Translations under genes and position numbers: made by a program
Shown here: positions 60,136 through 64,000 of the stretch, in pieces
How positions within the stretch are numbered: the first letter of the stretch is position 1
Layout of the letters: every line of letters begins with the position of its first letter
Assembly: GCA_965222605.1 (NCBI GenBank)
Contig: OZ244960.1
Location: 1,344,001 to 1,408,000 of the forward strand
Source of the DNA: Candidatus Latescibacterota bacterium
GTDB lineage: Bacteria > Latescibacterota > UBA2968
Reading direction: 5' to 3'
Length of the DNA stretch: 64,000 nt
Notes under the pieces: generated by a model
Seen by the model: only the letters and a program-made list of their open reading frames with translations
Told to the model about the DNA's origin: nothing
Database searches by the model: none

Positions 60136-60237
60136 ATGCTCAAGCAAATAATCGGCGCAATTCTCACTATTGTGGGAGTGGCTGTTGCCATCCACACCAT
60201 CGCTGAACCACTCTATCACGCCTCCAACGACGAGTAA
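60136..60237 (+). pseudogene. 33-aa single-TM ORF, probably a truncated membrane-protein gene
   Basis: AAAGGAG RBS; MLKQIIGAILTIVGVAVAIHTIAEPLYHASNDE*. Confidence 0.45.
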
Positions 60238-60238
60238 C

Positions 60239-60607
60239 GTGACGCAGCTACTATTCATAGCCGGCGGAGGTGCCCTGGGAGCCGTATTGCGCTACGGGAT
60301 GTCTATGGGCATACACATCCTGTTCGGACGCGGCTTTCCCTATGGCACACTCACGGTCAACGTCACCGGATCGATCCTCATGGGGTTACTTTACGTATGC
60401 CTGTCTGAATATATGGATATGCCCTGGCGCGATGGCCTGATAATAGGTCTCCTGGGGGCGTTCACAACTTTTTCGACCTTTTCCATCGAAACCCTGTACC
60501 TGCTCGAAACAAATCACCCTGTACTGGCATTGATGAACATCATCTTAAGTGTCACCCTCTGCATCGCGGGGTGCTGGATCGGCATTGTAATCGGGCGAGC
60601 AATATAG
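60239..60607 (+). CDS. crcB: fluoride channel Fluc/CrcB
   Basis: GGGALGAVLRY, FPYGTLTVN, GLLGAFTTFSTFSIE; GTG start. Confidence 0.92.
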   Translation: MTQLLFIAGGGALGAVLRYGMSMGIHILFGRGFPYGTLTVNVTGSILMGLLYVCLSEYMDMPWRDGLIIGLLGAFTTFSTFSIETLYLLETNHPVLALMNIILSVTLCIAGCWIGIVIGRAI

Positions 60608-60718
60608 AGGAGTTATCATACTAAAAAAATTAAATCCAAAAGAACGCCCTGGCGAATAGCGTGTAAAAATAGAACAGACAGAAGCGATTTACAGATATTT
60701 ACACAAGGGAGAAATTTC

Positions 60719-61939
60719 ATGGTCAAACGCATTACCGCCATCGGCGTCATCTATTTCTGCATCGCAGTAGGCTGGATTATTCTGAGTGCAACCGTCCACT
60801 TCCGCACTGAGGAACAGGACGACAAGCTCAAAAATGCTGTGGGGCAACTCTGGGGCACAGCGCAGACCCAGCGAGTACCTCAAATCTACTGGCTGGACCG
60901 CGTCACCCGTATCGAAACCAACGCCGACGAGTCTGTCTCACGCACGGTAGATGAGAAACACTTCCTGAATCTAAAAGCCAGTCGCATTGAAGTTGACCTG
61001 TCTCTGGAGCACCGGCGCAAAGGCTTGCTGTGGTACTCCACCTACCAGGTGCAATTCGCAGCCTCGTACACCCTGATCAACCCCACCGACCAGAACCGGC
61101 ACCTGTACTTCGACCTAAAACTGCCCGCCCCTCGCGCTGTGTACGACGACTTCACTTTAACCGTTGACGGTCAGTCCATTGCCGAGCTCCCGATCCGCAA
61201 CGGTCATTTAATCCAACCCATCCATCTATCACCAGGGCAGGAACTCTCCATTGACCTATCCTATCACTCCCAGGGCCTGGACGAATGGCGGTACAGTTTT
61301 GGAGACCATGTCAACCAGGTATCAGACTTCGAACTCGTGATGCACACGGACTTCGCCGCCATAGACTTCCCCCCAGATAGCATGTCTCCCACCTCAAGGA
61401 CCCGCGATGGCGACGCCTGGACTTTGACGTGGAAATACAATCATCTCCTCACCGGCACCGATCTGGGAATGACCCTCCCGGCCCGCCTCAATCCCGGTCC
61501 CTGGGTCGGCAAAGTCGTCATCGCCGCCCCCATCTCCCTCTTTCTTTTTTTCTTTTTGCTCTTTATTTTTTCCATTGTGCGCCGCCTCGACCTGCACCCG
61601 ATGCACTATTTCTTTATCGGTGCCGCCTTCTTTAGTTTTCACCTGCTGCTGGCTTATCTGGTTGACCACCTGATCATCCACTACGCCTTTGTCCTATCTT
61701 CGGCGGTCTCCATTGCCCTCGTCACCTCGTACATGAGATTGGTCCTGGGTACGCGCCTGGCCTTTGTCGAAATTGGTCTGGGACAATTTGTCTATCTCGT
61801 GCTATTTTCCTACACCTTTTTCTTTCCCGGTTATACCGGACTCGCTGTCACCCTCTTGTGCATTACGACCCTGTTCGCCGCCATGCAATTCACTGGCCGC
61901 ATCGACTGGAATGCGGTATTTAACAAGGAACCATCTTGA
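60719..61939 (+). CDS. CreD-like inner membrane protein
   Basis: RRKGLLWY, LHPMHY, LLAYLVDH; several C-terminal TM helices. Confidence 0.7.
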   Translation: MVKRITAIGVIYFCIAVGWIILSATVHFRTEEQDDKLKNAVGQLWGTAQTQRVPQIYWLDRVTRIETNADESVSRTVDEKHFLNLKASRIEVDLSLEHRRKGLLWYSTYQVQFAASYTLINPTDQNRHLYFDLKLPAPRAVYDDFTLTVDGQSIAELPIRNGHLIQPIHLSPGQELSIDLSYHSQGLDEWRYSFGDHVNQVSDFELVMHTDFAAIDFPPDSMSPTSRTRDGDAWTLTWKYNHLLTGTDLGMTLPARLNPGPWVGKVVIAAPISLFLFFFLLFIFSIVRRLDLHPMHYFFIGAAFFSFHLLLAYLVDHLIIHYAFVLSSAVSIALVTSYMRLVLGTRLAFVEIGLGQFVYLVLFSYTFFFPGYTGLAVTLLCITTLFAAMQFTGRIDWNAVFNKEPS

Positions 61940-63375
61940 TGGGTATTTCAGTAGAAAAAATCGATCTCAATGTTTTGAACATGCACACGCGATTTCCGTT
62001 TAAGTACGGGATCGCATCGCTCGTGGCATTGCCCCATTTATTTGTGCGGGCGCGGGTCAATATCGATGGAAAAAAAGAAATCGGGTTGGCCGCAGAGGGA
62101 TTGCCGCCAAAGTGGTTCACCAAAAATCCAGACGCGCCGTTTGAGTCCGATCTCGATGAAATGCTCACCGTTATTCAAAATGCCTGTGATATCGCCCTGC
62201 AAAGCGATGCAGAAAATTCGGTATTTGATCTCTGGCAAGCGATTTATACCAAACAGCGCGCCTGGGCAAAAACAACAGCCTATCCGCCGCTCCTATGGGC
62301 ATTCGGCGTCAGCATGGTCGAACGCGCACTGATCGACGCCTTCTGTCGGGCAAAAGGCGTGACATTTGCACAAGCTATAAAAGAAAATGTGCTGGACATT
62401 CGCCTTGCAGATATCCACAGCGAATTGCACGGCAACGAACCCGGCGACCTCTTGCCACACGCGGCGCGGCGATCAATCACCGTGCGGCACACCGTGGGCC
62501 TGGCCGACCCATTGACCGATGAAGACATCGCAGACGAAGATCGCGTAGATGATGGCCTGCCCCACTCACTGGCAGCAAATATCGAAGCCTATCAGTTGAC
62601 ACATCTAAAAATTAAGCTGTGCGGCGATGCAGAACAGGACCTGAATCGGCTCCGGCAAATAGCGGACTTGATGCCCGATCAATGCGCTTTCACACTCGAT
62701 GGCAACGAACAGTACACAGAGGTCGAACCCTTCAGAAAACTCTGGAACACCATTCAAGGCGATACGGTGCTCTCGTCTTTTATGAAAGGACTGATCTTTG
62801 TCGAGCAACCACTCCATCGCGACATGGCCCTCAGCGCAACCGTCAAAGCCGTACTAACAGATTGGACCGATCGCCCCCCGATGATCATCGACGAATCGGA
62901 CGGCGCCCTCAACAGCGCAACGCAGGCATTGGATTGTGGCTATGTGGGCACGAGCCACAAAAATTGCAAAGGCATTTTTAAGGGCATTGCCAATGCGTGC
63001 TTAATAGCCCATCGCCAACAACGCGACCCCTCGGGAACATATATCTTGAGCAGTGAAGATCTCGCCAATGTCGGTCCTGTGGCTTTGTTACAGGACCTCG
63101 CGGTACTGGCTGTATTGGGCGTGGATCACTCGGAGCGCAACGGGCATCACTATTTTGCGGGCTTGGACATGTATCCCGACGCAGTACAGAAACAGGTGAT
63201 GGCGCATCACAGCACCCTTTATCGCCAACACGCGCGGGGCTTTCCCATTCTAAATGTGCGCGAAGGCTCGCTCAACGTAGATAGCGTAGTCAATGCACCC
63301 TTCGGCTATGGCTTCGAACTGGACACCCTTCAATTTACCCCCCTCGCGAACTGGACCATAGATGAACTGGCCTGA
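61939..63375 (+). CDS. enolase-superfamily-like protein
   Basis: KIKL, TLDGNEQY, VEQP, IDESD, SHKNCKG. Confidence 0.65.
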   Translation: MGISVEKIDLNVLNMHTRFPFKYGIASLVALPHLFVRARVNIDGKKEIGLAAEGLPPKWFTKNPDAPFESDLDEMLTVIQNACDIALQSDAENSVFDLWQAIYTKQRAWAKTTAYPPLLWAFGVSMVERALIDAFCRAKGVTFAQAIKENVLDIRLADIHSELHGNEPGDLLPHAARRSITVRHTVGLADPLTDEDIADEDRVDDGLPHSLAANIEAYQLTHLKIKLCGDAEQDLNRLRQIADLMPDQCAFTLDGNEQYTEVEPFRKLWNTIQGDTVLSSFMKGLIFVEQPLHRDMALSATVKAVLTDWTDRPPMIIDESDGALNSATQALDCGYVGTSHKNCKGIFKGIANACLIAHRQQRDPSGTYILSSEDLANVGPVALLQDLAVLAVLGVDHSERNGHHYFAGLDMYPDAVQKQVMAHHSTLYRQHARGFPILNVREGSLNVDSVVNAPFGYGFELDTLQFTPLANWTIDELA

Positions 63376-63386
63376 GAGTTAAAACA

Positions 63387-64000
63387 ATGATCATAAACTG
63401 GCACCATATCGAAAAAGAAGTAACGAATTTTTTACAGCACCTGATTCGGTGTAATACGACCAATCCCCCGGGCAATGAAATCCTGTGTGCAAATTATATT
63501 GCCGATGTATTGAAGCACGAGGGCATTGACCCCTTGATTACAGAATCAGAACCTGGACGCGGAAATGTCACAGCGCGCTTAAAAGGTGGAAACGCGCCCG
63601 CGCTCATGCTATTGGGACATACAGATGTCGTCGCAGTAGAACCCGATAAATGGTCGCGCGATCCCTTTGGCGGGGAATTGCACAACGACTATATCTGGGG
63701 ACGCGGCGCACTGGACATGAAAAACATGGTCGCAGCAGAACTCATAGTCTTCTTGCTCTTGAAACGGCAAGGTGTGGCACTAAACCGCGACGTGATCTAT
63801 GCGGCAACCGCAGATGAAGAGGCCGGCAGAGGAAACCACGGCATTGGTTGGCTCATCGATCACCATCCCGAACAGGTCAATGCAAAATACGTATTAACAG
63901 AAGGCGGGGGCGGCGATTTTTATGTAAATGGAAAACACTTTTATACGTGTCAAACTGGACAAAAAGGCATTTTTCGCTTTCGTCTGAAGGCAAAAGGACA
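63387..64000 (+). CDS. M20/M25/M40 metallopeptidase, 3' end outside the window
   Basis: TTNPPGNE, GHTDVV, WGRGALDMK, ADEE read from the sequence; frame open to the window end. Confidence 0.88.
   Translation, partial: MIINWHHIEKEVTNFLQHLIRCNTTNPPGNEILCANYIADVLKHEGIDPLITESEPGRGNVTARLKGGNAPALMLLGHTDVVAVEPDKWSRDPFGGELHNDYIWGRGALDMKNMVAAELIVFLLLKRQGVALNRDVIYAATADEEAGRGNHGIGWLIDHHPEQVNAKYVLTEGGGGDFYVNGKHFYTCQTGQKGIFRFRLKAKG

Overview
Gene-dense bacterial chromosomal window (about 55 CDS; no rRNA, tRNA or CRISPR array seen). It is dominated by catabolic genes: six Cys-type sulfatases, an aryl-sulfate sulfotransferase, three PhyH-type Fe/2OG dioxygenases plus a deleted fourth copy, heparinase II/III-like and pectate lyase-like enzymes, amidohydrolases and two large polytopic membrane proteins. 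Housekeeping genes include rarA, leuB, nagB, a pgl-like lactonase and crcB. This content resembles Latescibacterota/Poribacteria/Gemmatimonadota-like marine or sponge-associated bacteria (inference only). Features the ORF track misses: (1) an ArsC-family gene with an in-frame TGA at the catalytic Cys12 position, followed by a hairpin, probably a selenoprotein; (2) a tnpA-less IS200/IS605 element with intact TnpB inserted 3' of TTTAT in an alpha/beta-hydrolase gene, whose removal restores the frame; (3) a frameshifted higA and an internally deleted PhyH gene; (4) several dispersed and tandem repeat families. Unusual proteins include a MOSC-ATL fusion, a tandem Nudix protein, an 8xCxxC zinc-ribbon protein, an HxG-type Fe/2OG enzyme and a double-spondin lipoprotein. 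All family assignments come from motif recognition by eye, not database searches.
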